Of a DNA stretch of 64,000 nt, positions 48,460 through 61,407 are shown one piece after another. The first letter of the stretch is position 1. The number at the start of each line of letters is the position of its first letter. The DNA comes from Octopus sinensis (taxonomy: Eukaryota): contig NW_021833039.1 of NCBI RefSeq assembly GCF_006345805.1, forward strand, positions 1 to 64,000. Direction: 5' to 3'. The translations under genes and the position numbers were made by a program. Under the pieces are notes generated by a model. That model made no database searches. It saw only the letters and a program-made list of their open reading frames with translations, and was not told the origin of the DNA.

Positions 48460-49449
48460 TTAATGGTTGAAGGCCGGGAAGTGGTGGCTGCGGGATTCGA
48501 AAAGGTATCTCTGTCTGGGCAGAGGCAGGTTTGGAAAGGGTATTTCTGTCTGGGAGGTGAGAGTGTTGGCATGGTGGAGACGAGCATAGGCACAGAAGGG
48601 TGTTTCCGTGAATTGGGGATTGAGAATTTCACTGCTCAACTGACGGGGCAATCTACGGACGGTACAACAGGGGTACCAACGAATAAAGACTGGACAGCAC
48701 TCGAGGATTAGGCCGACTGCTCGACCCTGCAATGGTGAGAGACGTGGGAACCCGAATTGGGGGGGACGGGAGTCTTGTCCACCTTTTTAGTATTCATTTG
48801 AATGACTCGGTCGATGGAGGCACTACAAATGTCTCACAAACTCACCGTTTTTTGAATCGTTTACTTCGATTGACCGCCCTCTCCCGATCAGCCTTGTACT
48901 CCCCTCCAATCAAGTTCACGGCCTGCTCTATGAAATTGTCCACCACGAGTGAGGGACAGCAGCACGTGATTGGGGAACGACAGATGGGACATGATCCATG
49001 TAGATTGTAGGCATTGGCAGTGCGAGTCCACTTTTCCAGACAGAGCAGACAGAATGAATGTGAGCAGTTGAGTGCCACACTCTGGAGTAAAGGCCAACAC
49101 AACCTGCTTCAGTAGAGAGTAGCAAATGTGGCAGGTTAGTTCTGCCTCGATGGTGTTAATCAGTTCTTGTTCGTTTACTCTGTGGACACTTTCAGTCTCA
49201 CGCCTTTTGATTGGGGTGAGCCCGAATTTGGAGATAAGGTCATGTTGGAGTTCTTGTTTCTAAGTGTTGATTAGTGATCCAATAATTGATAAATATTATG
49301 TGGGCTGACCGCATTACAGTAAATAGGGAAATGGCTACCTTGCGACGCCCATTGAAGCCGTGTCGCTTGCATATAGTCCGGAGTTGGTTGTAGGTCAGTT
49401 TCAAGACTTGTTGGGTGCTGTCTAATTGGTCGGGTGAATCGATCGACAT
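48460..49449 (-). CDS. RING (C3HC4) E3 ligase, RNF8-like RING with N-terminal SAP-like motif
   Basis: Removing a 22-nt intron gives ELTCHICYSLLKQSVALNCSHSFCLLCLEKW...CPICR...SLVVDNFI, like the RNF8 RING. N-terminus LKLTYNQLRTICKRHGFNG. 3' end uncertain. Confidence 0.65.
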
Positions 49450-49844
49450 TGGGCTAAATGAATTATTTTCCAGTCAAGTAGGGGAATATATACTCACGCA
49501 AATGTGGTGATAGTAATTGGCTGATAATATTTACGCAATATACTTACTCGCAAGTTCAAAATAAATTGGCAAATCAAGTGTTGATTAAATATCCGACGCT
49601 TTCCGCTCGAGTAATATAAATTAATATATTATCATAAATAATAATAACACCTATTTCAGGTCAAGGAAAACAGTCGAGTGGACGGAATACAGAGAGAGAC
49701 GCCTTGTTTTATTCTGCATATTCCCACGGCAATAATTAACGACCGTCACGTTTTAGAGTGAACAGGCATTCTAGGAAATTATATAATTAAATAAATTATT
49801 TAAACATTATTTCAAATACAAAAAATGTGATACAAGTCTAACCA

Positions 49845-51393
49845 ATGCTGAGACTCTGTTTTAGTGTACTCATTTCGTGTTATAATCGTAGCACTCGGCC
49901 AAGCTCACTGCCAGCAGGGATTTGTCTAAGGGTATTCTCTGCCATTATTCCAGCTCCCCGTCTGTGCCTCAGTCCAGCACTCCCCCCCTCAGGGTAACCA
50001 CTATACATGACTGGCATCAAGATCGTGGACTGTTCGTCAATTGAGGACTACTCCTCCAGCTCTGAGTTAGCACAACTAATAATGCAGAACAAATAATAAT
50101 TAAGACGCCCAACTTTGCCGAGTCGATAAGTGAGGGAGACATAAAGTGGCACAAATGTAGGAGTACGACTAATTGACAGGCCTCGGGGACGTCGTCAATG
50201 TGGGGGATGTCCTGGGAGAAATAGAGACAGATAAGGTATCCACCACCCACCAACAGACCTCCCTCGCTGTCATCGCCTCCTCCTCTGGCAAGATTACCGA
50301 ATTCATTGCCTCCGACGAGTCCAGTGTCACTCCCGGCACTGACCTCGTCCGCATTGACACATCATTCCACCCTACTGACCAATCGACTGCTCCTTCTACT
50401 CCCCCTACTGCACCCAGCACTGCCCCTACTCCACCCAGCACTGCCCCTACTGCACCCAGCACTGCCCCTACTGCACCCAGGACTCCCCCTACTGCACCCA
50501 CCACTGCCCCTACTGCACCCAGCACTGCCCCTACTGCACCCACCACTGCCCCTACTGCACCCAGGACTCCCCCTACTCCACCCAGCACTGCCCCTACTGC
50601 ACCCAGGACTCCCCCTACTGCACCGAGTGAGGGGGATGTGGAGAGCAGAGAAGGAGAGACGAGGGTGAGGGGGATTGTGTGATTGCAGATTAAAATGTCT
50701 CGGATGAGGAAGAGGATCGGGGAGAGACTGGGGGAGGCTCAGTCGACGTACGTGATGCTGACGACGTTCAACCAAGTGGACATGAGGTAGGTGGTGGTCA
50801 CTCCCAGCAATGTCATCGCCATGCGCAAAAAGTACAATGATGTGGCCCAGAAGGAGAGGAATGTGCGCCTGGGGTTCCTCTCCGCCTTCATTGTGGCGGC
50901 CGCACGGGCATTGAGGGACACTCCCGTGGTGAACGCGGTGGTGGAGGGGGATTCCATCATCTACCGGGACTACGTCGACATCTCCATTGCCATCTCCACC
51001 CCCAAGGGACTCGTCGTCCCCGTCCTCAGAAATATCCTCGGACTCAACTTTTTGGAGGTCGAACAGAAACTTGGGGAACTGTCGAGGAAAGCGAGGGAAG
51101 GGACACTGACTGTCGAGGAAATGGACGGAGGGACCTTCACAATCAGCAATGGGGGGGTCTTCGGGTCGCTCATGTCCACGCCCATCATCAATCCCCCCCA
51201 GTCCGCCATTTTGGGACTCCACGCCATCGAGGACAGACCTGTGGCCGTGGACGGACGGGTGGAGATTCGGCCGATGATGTACCTCGCCCTCACATATGAC
51301 CATCGCCTCATCGACGGTCGCGAGTCCGTCACCTTCCTAAAGTCCATTAAAGAGGCCGTGGAGGATCCCGTCCGCATGATGGTGGGCATATGA
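49845..51393 (+). CDS. DLST: Dihydrolipoamide succinyltransferase (2-oxoglutarate dehydrogenase E2)
   Basis: Lipoyl domain FAESISEG...EIETDK; catalytic domain [23 protein letters not shown] and [13 protein letters not shown]; tiny introns. Confidence 0.97.
50396..50625 (+). repeat. Coding 21-bp minisatellite (PSTAPTA) in the DLST hinge, about 11 copies
   Basis: Recurring CCCAGCACTGCCCCTACTGCA with variants. Confidence 0.9.
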
Positions 51394-51589
51394 GCGAATA
51401 CTAATGTGCACTAATTTGTCATTTCACATTCTTTCTACTCACGCCTTTGAAACATTTCAGTTATAGGGGGATGGAGGCATTCTGTTCGCAGGTGTGCATT
51501 ATACGCACTCGATTGTTGTCCAGCACAACAAATTGTGGTTGAGTCACATTTATTAAATCACCAAGACCACGCTAAAAACCGAACAAATG

Positions 51590-52656
51590 TCACGTGATCC
51601 CGATGCACTCAACCAGGGACCTCATCCTCGCTCGGTGGTCTTTCCACGAGCCCACACAAGATCGCACTGGGCGGCAGGCCGTTTTTGGCGGAGCAGTCGC
51701 TGACGGGCCCAGGTTCAGCTTGATGAGGTCTTCCAGAGAGGCTGGACCGGGGCGTTGGCTATCAAGTGACCAACGATCGGTTAATCTGAGGGCCCTTTGT
51801 TGGGCCTCCTCGATTCGCCTCCTGTTGGACCACGATAGCCGCGGACCCCATGATCCGCAAGCGTACGCAACACAAGGTTCGAAGTACTGGCGATAGATAT
51901 TCGCCAGTACTGGGTGCGACCCGTTTTTCCGAATACCAGATAGAGTTCGCAGAATATTCAGTTTATGTTCGCATTTGCGAAGGACGAAGGAGGTTGTCCA
52001 CATGAGGGGAGAAACAGAGGTGCATGTCGAGGGTTACCCCTAGGACCGTCTGACTCCTGCAGAAGGGAACGGATATATTATTCAGCTTTAAGTCGACAGA
52101 CGTCCTTCCCAATCTTTTATCCGAGGTGAAGAGGGACGTGGCGGACTTCGCCGCGTTTACTACGAGCCGGTTGTCCGTCAGCCATAGGTTCAGCCGATCC
52201 AAGTTAGCTTGGAGCCTTTCAGAGGCCTTCTGGATGTCCCGGTCCCGTGAGGCTAGCACGATGTCGTCCGCGTATGAGAGAACAATGTCATTGTTGTCGA
52301 GGGGGCGAGGGAGGTCTTCCAAAAATAGGTTGAAGAGAGCCGGGGATAAGGGGGATCCCTGAGGTACTCCGTTGGGTAGAAGACGAGATTTGGACTTCAG
52401 ACCACCGAGGCACACTCTTCTTCTTCGTCCACTTAGGAAGTTGGTAATCCATATTTTTAGCTTCGGAGGAAAGTCGGATTGGAATATCTTCCTTGAGAGG
52501 AGCTTCCTCGAGACGGAATCGAAGGCTTTATGGATGTCGACGGAGCAGAGCACGGTCTTTTGGTGCCTCGGTTTGCTGGCAAAACCGGTACAGATGAAGT
52601 TTGACAAGGATTGGAGGTACGAAGACGTGGACTTGGCCTTCTTAAAACCATGTTGA
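51590..52656 (-). mobile_element. 5'-truncated LINE RT, frameshifted
   Basis: CSVDIHKAFDSV, PNGVPQGSPLSP, LSYADDIV; thumb IYRQYFEPCVAYACGSW; ends ECIGIT*. Confidence 0.92.
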
Positions 52657-52745
52657 AAATGTCATTCATTAAAAATAGTTATAAAGGTCATTAAAAATAG
52701 TTAATTTATTGTATTGACTATACAAATAGAGTTATAGTAGAGCAG

Positions 52746-55700
52746 ATGGACGAAACCCAGTCGGAATTGCTATTCAAATTATTCTTCCCCCAAGCTGACA
52801 TTTCACTCGTCCCGCTCGTCCGCCAAGTCTTTGCTACCGATGACTCCATTTCCATTCAAAACTTCATTTCCGTATTTTCAGAGTGGAGGCAGGAAGACAG
52901 TGCTTGCTCGACAGGGAACCCAGGACTGGACAATCCACCACTCTACGGGGAGGACAAACTGGTGATGGACTACTTTGTCATATTGGTGATCCTGGCCGTG
53001 ATGTACATTCGGATGGACAAATGTGTCCTCCTCTTTGTATTTAAGTGAGCGAGGGCATGCTCTACGTCGACAAACTCGTCTCCCACTTGGAGGAGGAGAG
53101 TATTCCCCATTTGGTAGACTGTCTGAAGAATCAGCATTATGTCCTGATAAATCAAAGTAGAGGGACTAGACCATGCTTAGTCATGTCGGAGGGGGATCCC
53201 ACCATCCACTCCACTCAGCAGCAAAGTGTTCGTCGACTACAACTCGAAAGTAGGGCACTCCTCCTGATGTAGACTACCCACCCATTACTAGTCTGCTCGA
53301 TGAGACAGTCACTTGGATTTGCCTGCTTGGTCATCAGACTGAGTGTTTGTGTCGACTCGGGAGTGTGCTCATGTCCTCTGCCACTGTTTGTCTTGTTAAG
53401 TAAAGTAGTTGGAGGATGTGTTTGCCAGCATGGCCGTCGCCCTCCCCTGCGTCCCCCTCTGCGATATACAACCCATCACTCACTTTGCCACTACAAACAT
53501 GTCCTTGAAATTACTGGAGAACGTGGGAGCAATGTCGAGAGAGTGCTGTCTCCGATTTGTTTCGTACTTCCACTCTGTGTTGGGGACTGTCGGGCAAACT
53601 GACATTTGGACAAACTCACTGGTGTGGGCACTCATCAACCTGATAACCCTCATCGACCACTTCGAGAGTGCCGCCCTCTTCTTCCTCTCTCTCGAGCACA
53701 AGGAGGGATATTACATTCCCCTCCTGACACATCTCCAGGGTATCCTTCTCTCCATTCCACAGAACACGGAGATTATCACCTCTTTCACTCCTTTCCCAAC
53801 AATCCCCACATCTTCTTCTCCACGCCCGTCTTCCACTCTCTCGACACATACCTATTCTTGTTCGACAAGACTCTCCTCCAATATCCCCTCCCCCACGACG
53901 TGTTCCTCCAATCCGCGGGTGTTGTGTCCACTGTTATTGAGGGACTCCTTTCTCCAAAGGCAAGTTCATTCGACTATTCATAGAAACAACAATCGACCCC
54001 CCTTTATCGACATTGGGCCTTCCTTCTGCTTAACGCCTCCAAATTTGGTTACTTCGAACTGGTCCCCCCCACTAACCCCCGCGTCCTCCACGATTTGCTG
54101 GCTATCAAGTTGTGTGGAGAGGAGGCTGGGCGCTCCTGCCCTTTTTGGATGGAAATGATAACCAGCTTGTATTTGGATATAAACATAATTCTGGCACAGG
54201 TTGGCTGCCCGTTTGAGTTGCAGTCCATTCTCCGAGTGTCCCCCTCCTCCTTCATCGACAACCTGTTGAGGGAAGACAAGTCACTCGACATATTCCTGAC
54301 CGGCAATTTGAGAACATGCGGAAGTGGCCGACTCATGTCTCTTCTGGGGTTCATTGCCAACGCCACGGTTCTGCATTACGGTTCAGTCCCCGTGTTGCCA
54401 CAGCAGACGCCATTTCCGACCGAGACATGCTTGAAAAACAACTTTCTGTGTTCCTCCTCAGAAAAGCCTCCACTTACATTAACATCGCCAAGTATTTCAG
54501 GGTCTGGAATCGTGTCTACAACGTCTCCGTCGAGCCCTCCACAATGCTCGAGGACATTGCTGACTACCGCGAACCATACTTTTGTCGCCACGTTGGGGAA
54601 ACTGTCTCCGGACATTATTCTCTCAAAGGCAAATGGGCATTGTCTCACATTAAGGAGAGTTGGCCCTCAAATTATTCGACGGGGAATATTCGTGCCGAAC
54701 AGAGATCAGTTCAGAGATGTACAACACAATGTACCACGAATATCAACTCAGGTGGTCCCTTCCTCTATTCGTAGAGTCAAGAAAATGTCCAAAACTGTTC
54801 ACGACGTCCAGATTTGGCTGTCCTTTCCCTTCAACCCAGACAAAACGAACTTTGAGGCAATCAACTCGCCCCACTGGTTCAGCCTCATTCTGTCCAGTCT
54901 TGTGGTTGGGCCACTCCCCCATTTTCAGTTGATTGATCGGAACATGCTCACCGACGTGTGTTCTGACCTCCCTCTCCAGTTGATTGTACACTTTTTGTTT
55001 TGCTCGGCTTATTTCTGGGCCCATCGACCCCCCCAGTCCACCTGTGTGGCCGAGGATGTGATTGTCCCCTCCTCCAAGTTTAGTGAAGCCGTGACCGCCT
55101 CCTTCGAGTTCGAATCCACCAAATACAGCATTCTCCAACTTGTCCTGCACAACTATCAAGCGTACGGGGGCCTGTGTGAGGACATTTCCCCGGGCAAGCC
55201 CAGTTGTGAGGCACTGGAGGGGGCAACCCCGCGCAAACACGTTCTGCGTCTCCTCAATGCTGTATGCCTGCTGCTTCATTCAGATGTACTATGTCCTCCA
55301 CGACGTGTCTCACTCCCCTCTCCCCTGGCCGAAGCCTCACTTCTCGAATGTCTCCCGTCGCACCAAAGATCGAATTTTCGAGGAATTCAGTGTCCGTCGG
55401 ACCAAATGTCTGCAAAGTCGATTTGTGGAAGGATTGTCCGCCAAAGTGAGCAAATCGGACGACCTGCTGCCTCGGTGTGTCATCTGCCGTGAAACTGGGG
55501 ACTCGTGGCAGAACAGGCTGTGCCACACTTTCTCGGTCAAGTCGTGGGATGGTTGGCTGTGATTGTAATGCAGTGCTCGGGTTCACTCGGACGGGGGAGG
55601 ACGGGGTGCCCGCCAACATTTCCATGGCCCGCCAGATCGAATGTTTATACAAAAACTACCGAATTGTACTCCTCAACCTCACCACTGCAGAGTCTGGTCA

Positions 55701-57274
55701 ATTTGGTGATTAACCTGTCGTTGTGTGATGGAGTGTTGGTGACGTCCTGCGAACATGTCATTCACAAAAAGTGCATGTCTCGAATTAAAGCCACCCCCAA
55801 GTGCTGTCCTCTGTGCTCCACCACCTTCAACTGGGCTACCCCACTCACTAAGAAAAGGAAACCCGCCTCGAATGCTGACACGCGGAGTGTCCGTGAATGT
55901 TTGGAGGACACTTTTGGTGCCGACCTCCGCGACCATCGGGTAGTGCCCTCAATAATGTCCCAGCTCAAATTGAACAACCTTACCGAGTTTTTTGACGTGG
56001 TCACAAACCAACTGCCGGAGAAAGCATACCCTCTCGTCCTCCCCACCTCCGAGGATACCATTTCCTGCGTGTTCTCCTCCACCATTCGGTAGTTCTGTGC
56101 CCCCTCTATTAAGACAAATATTGGAGTACAGACTGATTTGCCTCAAGACGGATTCCACTATCCGGGCATCGGCGAGTTTCCGTTGGTGTCCCCCAACCAC
56201 GTGCTAGTCGAGTTGTGGTCATTCATGGGAGTGGTTCAGCAGAAGTACACCCACGTGGAGGACATTCTCCATTTCTTTGACTGTCTGACCATCAACCCGA
56301 ATGCCTGCGAACTGCCCATTGTGTTTGTCGACCCCATCACCCTCCTACTCGCATTCTCCCTCAGCATCCCCCTCCATTTACTCGAAAGTAGGTCCTGTGA
56401 AATAATCAGAACACTTTCCTCAATTGGTGACCACGTGCTGTCGACTGGCATTCTTCAAACATGTCGTGTCGGAGGGTCTCTCTCCTAAGGATGTACTCAC
56501 GTCTTCCCTGGTTTCCGAATCCAACCTGCTAACCCACTTCCTCAAAATCTCCGCCATTCTGCAAGCCCTCTTGTTCGGAGTGGAAGCAAACCCTTCCACA
56601 ACTGACTCGATTGGCGATATTTGTGACATTCTGGGTATTTCCATTTCTGAGGTGAGACGGGACACTGCTCGACTGTTTGCGGAATGCACACATTCGGAGG
56701 TATTGCTTTATTTGGTCATTCGGTCAGCAGGCTAGTCTCCTCAATGTCGTCCCGGATCCTGCTCTCGTTTCTTTGCCGACCCACCTCGTGGACTTGTATG
56801 ACCTCATTGCAGACAGGGTGTGCTGGCATGACTCCTAGTAGACAGAATAACTCGAGTTATCCTTTGAGCGGCCTCTGTCTTTTGTGCGGAAGTGTGATGC
56901 GTGGTCCTGTGATGAATACTGCATGTGGATGTGTGCATAAGGTATGGACTATGTGGCAGTGTCCAGCACTTTAAAGTATGCGGACGAGGACGAGGACTGT
57001 TTATGCACAACGGAGAGTGCGTGTTCTACGTCAAGAACTACCAGGCAGTAGAATTCCTCACACTTTACTACGACTCCCATGGTACACTTGTAACTTGGTA
57101 TACTATCCACTCATTTCGACAGCCATGACCCTAATATATCAGATGGTCAACTTGTTCAGAGTTTATACGCGACTGTGGTCAAGTATTGGGAAAGAGGGGA
57201 ACTTGATTTTCTATTCAAATTATCGGGATAACACATTTCTTAAAAAATATGTTTTTGATATCCTTCCTATATGA
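52746..57274 (+). CDS. UBR1/2/3-family E3 ubiquitin ligase (RING-H2 and C-terminal domain), multi-exon
   Basis: Split RING-H2 CVICRE...TSCEHVIHKKC...CPLC; C-terminus CLLCG...HFKVCGRGRGLFM..EC...YYDSHG matches UBR proteins. No UBR-box seen. Confidence 0.75.
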
Positions 57275-57410
57275 TCGTGAGTTTGGTCACTTAGTGTACG
57301 TAGGTCATCCAATACGGACAACTGCCCCTTTAAATGGGCATCAATGCAGATAAATCAATCAAATCAAAATTTATTCCAAAGACCACCGTTAACCAAAAGA
57401 AAAACTAACT

Positions 57411-58730
57411 AGGTGATCCCGACGAATTTGATCATTGCTCTCAGCTTCGCTCTGTGCTGCTCTCTTGAGCCCACACAAGATCGTTGAGGGCGGATCGTTC
57501 CTTTATACCATTGATGCTCTTTTATATTCTTCTCAATGAGAGTTTCGAAAGAGATTGGTGGTTTGATAGCTTCACCTGTATACCACCTTTCGGTAAGTTG
57601 AAAGCTCTTTTCTGGGTTGCGGAGATTTTACGAATGTTTGTATTCGAAATCAGTGGCCCCCATGAGGCACAAACATATGAGATACATGGTTCGATATACT
57701 GTGAGTAGAGTGTTTTAAGTATAGGGTGATTTCCCATTTTCCATAGACCAGTTAGGCATTTCAGGAGGTTGATTTTCTTTTCACATTTGTTCAACACATT
57801 TGTGACATGTTTAGAGAAGTTCATGTGCGTGTCATAAGTTAATCCCAATATCTTTTGCCATTTGCTGAAAGGTAATACTCTTCCCTCCACAACAACTTCG
57901 ATTGAAGTTTTCGATAGTCTTTTGGCTGAGGAGTAGAGAGTTGTGACAGATTTTTCTGTGTTGATCGACATCCGGTTTACGTTAAACCACTCAACTAGGT
58001 GATCCAGGTTTTGTTGTAATCTTCCTTTTGCTGTTTGGATGTTCTGGTCCCGTGATGCCAATACAATGTCATCTGCATAGGCCAGCAGCAGATCGTCATG
58101 CCATTAGGCTTCGGAATATCGGCCGTAAACAAATTGAATAGGAAAGGTGATAATGGTGAGCCCTGGGGTACACCATTTGGGAATAGACGGGAAATGGAAC
58201 GAATGTTTCCAAAGCATACTCTTCCTCTTCGACCGCTGAGGAAGTTAGTCAACCAGAGTTTGAGGTCTTCAGGGATGTTTGATTGGTAGATTTTCTATGC
58301 TAGGTTTTTTCTAGGCACAGCGTCGAAGGCTTTGTGGATCTCCAGCGAACAAAGTACAGTTTTCTGATGTCTTGGCTTACACGAAATGCCAGAATGGATA
58401 AAGTTAGTCAAGGAGCTAAGGAAGCTTGCAGTGGAACAATCTTTTTTGAATCCATGTTGGAAAGCCTTGTTGGGAATGCTGTTAATGATTTTTGTGAGGA
58501 TGAGTTTTTCCAGAGTTTTTGACATGGAACATAATAGGGAAATTGGCCTGAAGGAGGCCGGCTCTTGTTTTGGTTTTCCACTCTTCAAAATTGGGCGGAT
58601 GTTTTCCAATTTCCAAATCGTTAGGATTGAGTTGTAGTTAATCGACCAATTGTAGATTTTTATGAGAACACTGATTCCCTCATTCCCTATGTTTTTCAGG
58701 AGAATTATAGGAATGCCGTCGGGACCATGT
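57411..58730 (-). mobile_element. 5'-truncated LINE RT, frameshifted, same family as 51.6 kb
   Basis: GPDGIP, SFRPISLLCSMSKTLEKLI, LEIHKAFDAV, GVPQGSPLSP, YADD; ends KFVGIT*, followed by a UTR with AATAAA and a TTGAT-like tail. Confidence 0.92.
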
Positions 58731-59425
58731 GAATATCAGACCATTATTTCGAGAATGCAATGAAATAATGATATTTAACAAATAAAATCCTATTAAACCA
58801 AAATTTGCTTAGTTTTTTTGAACTATCTAATTCAATCCTTTAATCCAAATTGTTGTATAAAGTGTTTAAAGTGTCCTTTGGTTAATAAAGTGTTTAAAGT
58901 GTTTGTGACCTCTCTTTTTTTTCTAAAATACTTTCTTACATATCTTCATTAAAGGGTTCTTCAGCATATTTTTTTAGGGTTCATTGGGATATCTTCGCGA
59001 GATCAGTAACAGAGGCGTTTCATTTGTACTTTTGTTGTCTTCGAAAATGTATGGTCTGCTGAACTTAAACCTTCGATACAGTCGACGTATCTACTTGGTT
59101 TTCAACATTTGGTGTAACTGACTGAAGAGAATCTCTAATTTTCTTTTTTCATTCACAGGCACATACAGTCTACTATTTCATTGTGTCTTGGAGGCAATTT
59201 TTGTTTAACATTTTACCATATTGAGCGGCAACCGTTTTTTTGCTTCTCTTAAATTATACATCTAAAGCAAGTAAATTTTATCAGATTTTTGAATGCGGTG
59301 ATGATGCAATTATTTAAAGTATTTATCACATTCTTAAAGTTCGAGAATTGAAATGGATAGAAAGCATTAAAAGAAATAGACATAAATTAAATATCGAACG
59401 AGAAATTATTCATTAAAACAGATCA

Positions 59426-61192
59426 TTAGGGGGCCCTTTGATCAGAAGATTGTGAAACATGAAAGTGGACTGCGAGCCAATTGCCTTCGACGCGTTGCCA
59501 CACAATAGTCTGGACAAATCGAACACAACTCACTCCGTACAACACCGACCTAACACTTTGAGCAATTATCCAACTCATCCTGTCGACGCAGAATGGAGAC
59601 GAGTGTTATGACCGCGCTGTTGTCTGACAGAATGCGCACGTTGGGGAGCTCCACCGACGACACCATGGGGATTGTGGCTGTCCGTTAAGACAAATAAAAC
59701 TGAGTTTAAACTGCGATTGATAGTATTCGCGAGCACACACGAGAATACCCCCAGTGTGCATGTCCAGCAGTGTCGCGTCCTTGGAAACGAGTTTACTGAA
59801 ATGTAAAATAGAAAGACCACCGAAAAGTGTCACTGTCGCTCTCAGCAATGCAATTTACCAACTGATTAGACAATCTGATTATTTCGTCCGGGGGAGGCGC
59901 AGGATGCACTTTCTTGTCACCAGAATTGTTAGTCAGCTTATCTAGGAATACTCAACAGCAAGGTACTGAGGGTGACGCTCTTGGTCGCGAAAAGTGTCGA
60001 CAGAATGGCAACCTGGGACTAGAAAGGTCTCCCTCTCACCTTTAGTTTCCGCCTGGCGTTGAATTTTTTGAGTTGGTTGAGAGTGGCCTGGCGGTGGAAA
60101 GCGGGGATGATGTTATCCGCATTCTGGCCGAATTAGGCGAGGACAAACAGCAATCCAGGGCAGTTTGAGGACATCGGCTGCTGTGAACCGTTCTTTGGCG
60201 TCAACGTTGAGCAAATTCTTGATGATGTACTTTGCTTCCTCGGAAACCAAATCCCACTCGGGGGAAGGGAACTGGAATAAGGGAGGTGGCTACATTGACA
60301 ATCCCCGACTTGATCTGTCTGAACAGCCCCTTGGACGTGTCGTCCCAGAAGGGAGGATACCCAGCCAGGAGAATGTACATGACCACTCCCGCCGCCCAGT
60401 TGTCCACGGGGAAGGAGTAGGGCACCTTGGACACCACCTCGGGGGACAGGTAGCCGGGAGTGCCAGCCAGACCAGGAATGAGTGGACAAGACAACCATGC
60501 CAGGCGGGAGCACCCGTGGACTCGACGGCCAGCCCAAAGTCGGCAATCTTGAGGACAGCGTCGCGGTCTTTGGAGGAGAGGAGGAGGTTTTCGGGCTGTG
60601 GTTAAGTGAGGGCGTGCCTTGAGGTCTCGGTGGACTATTTTCATGGAGTGGAAGTAGGCGATGCCGGAGAGGAGTTGTTTCATGCAGCGACTGAGGGTGA
60701 GTGTGGGACATACCTCGCGTCGGCCTCGCTGTAAAAGTCCCTGGCGACAATGTCATCGAACAACTCGCCTCCACTCACCCTGGGAATGAGGACTGGACGT
60801 ACAGTTCGAGGATGATGTAGAACATTCTCTTGGACATGATTGCGTCACACAACTCGACTGTGCGTGAGGGGGAGGACTCACCAATGTTCTCGTGCTTCAG
60901 TTTCCGACATATCCGCACTTCCCGCTCTATTTTCTGGAAGTCTGCAATGTCCCACATCACTTACCGCGCAGGGGCAACTTTTCCGTGTTGAATATTTTGG
61001 CGGCCATGTTTTTTCTGGTGGCAATGTGAACGCAGTTCTTGACCACCGAGAAGGCCCCTCTAACGTTGACAGAGCGCAGTACTTTCCGATTTGGCTGCCC
61101 AGTTGGTAGCGACTCTCGAACTCGTCATCAGACTTGGACAAACAGGTAGAGGTGAACATTCTAGAATGTTTAGGAATATCGTCGTAGGCCAT
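59426..61192 (-). CDS. CAMK2: Calcium/calmodulin-dependent protein kinase II
   Basis: GKGAFSVV, HRDLKPEN, IADFGLA, GTPGYLSPE; regulatory RQAT (T286 equivalent), FNARRKLK; association domain ending WQRVEGNWLAVHFH. At least 12 tiny introns, one GC-AG and one apparent GT-TG. Confidence 0.95.
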
Positions 61193-61407
61193 TTATGCTC
61201 ATGACCTGCGCAGTGACGCAGTTTAGAATTATGAGAACAAGAAAAAGGCCGAACCGAAAATGGAATCTATTGGTTTATGCATAAATTATTCCTTTTATTG
61301 GATCGTTCTGACATAAACAATTATAATCAAAACCAATCCAATTTCAACATTGACAATATGCCACAGTTTATCGATTGGAATGCAGAAAATGAATTCACAA
61401 AACAGAG

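Noticed and set aside
50169-50668. Gly/Ala/Val-rich and Leu/Pro/His-rich ORFs
   Set aside because: Antisense and alternative-frame readings of the DLST hinge minisatellite.
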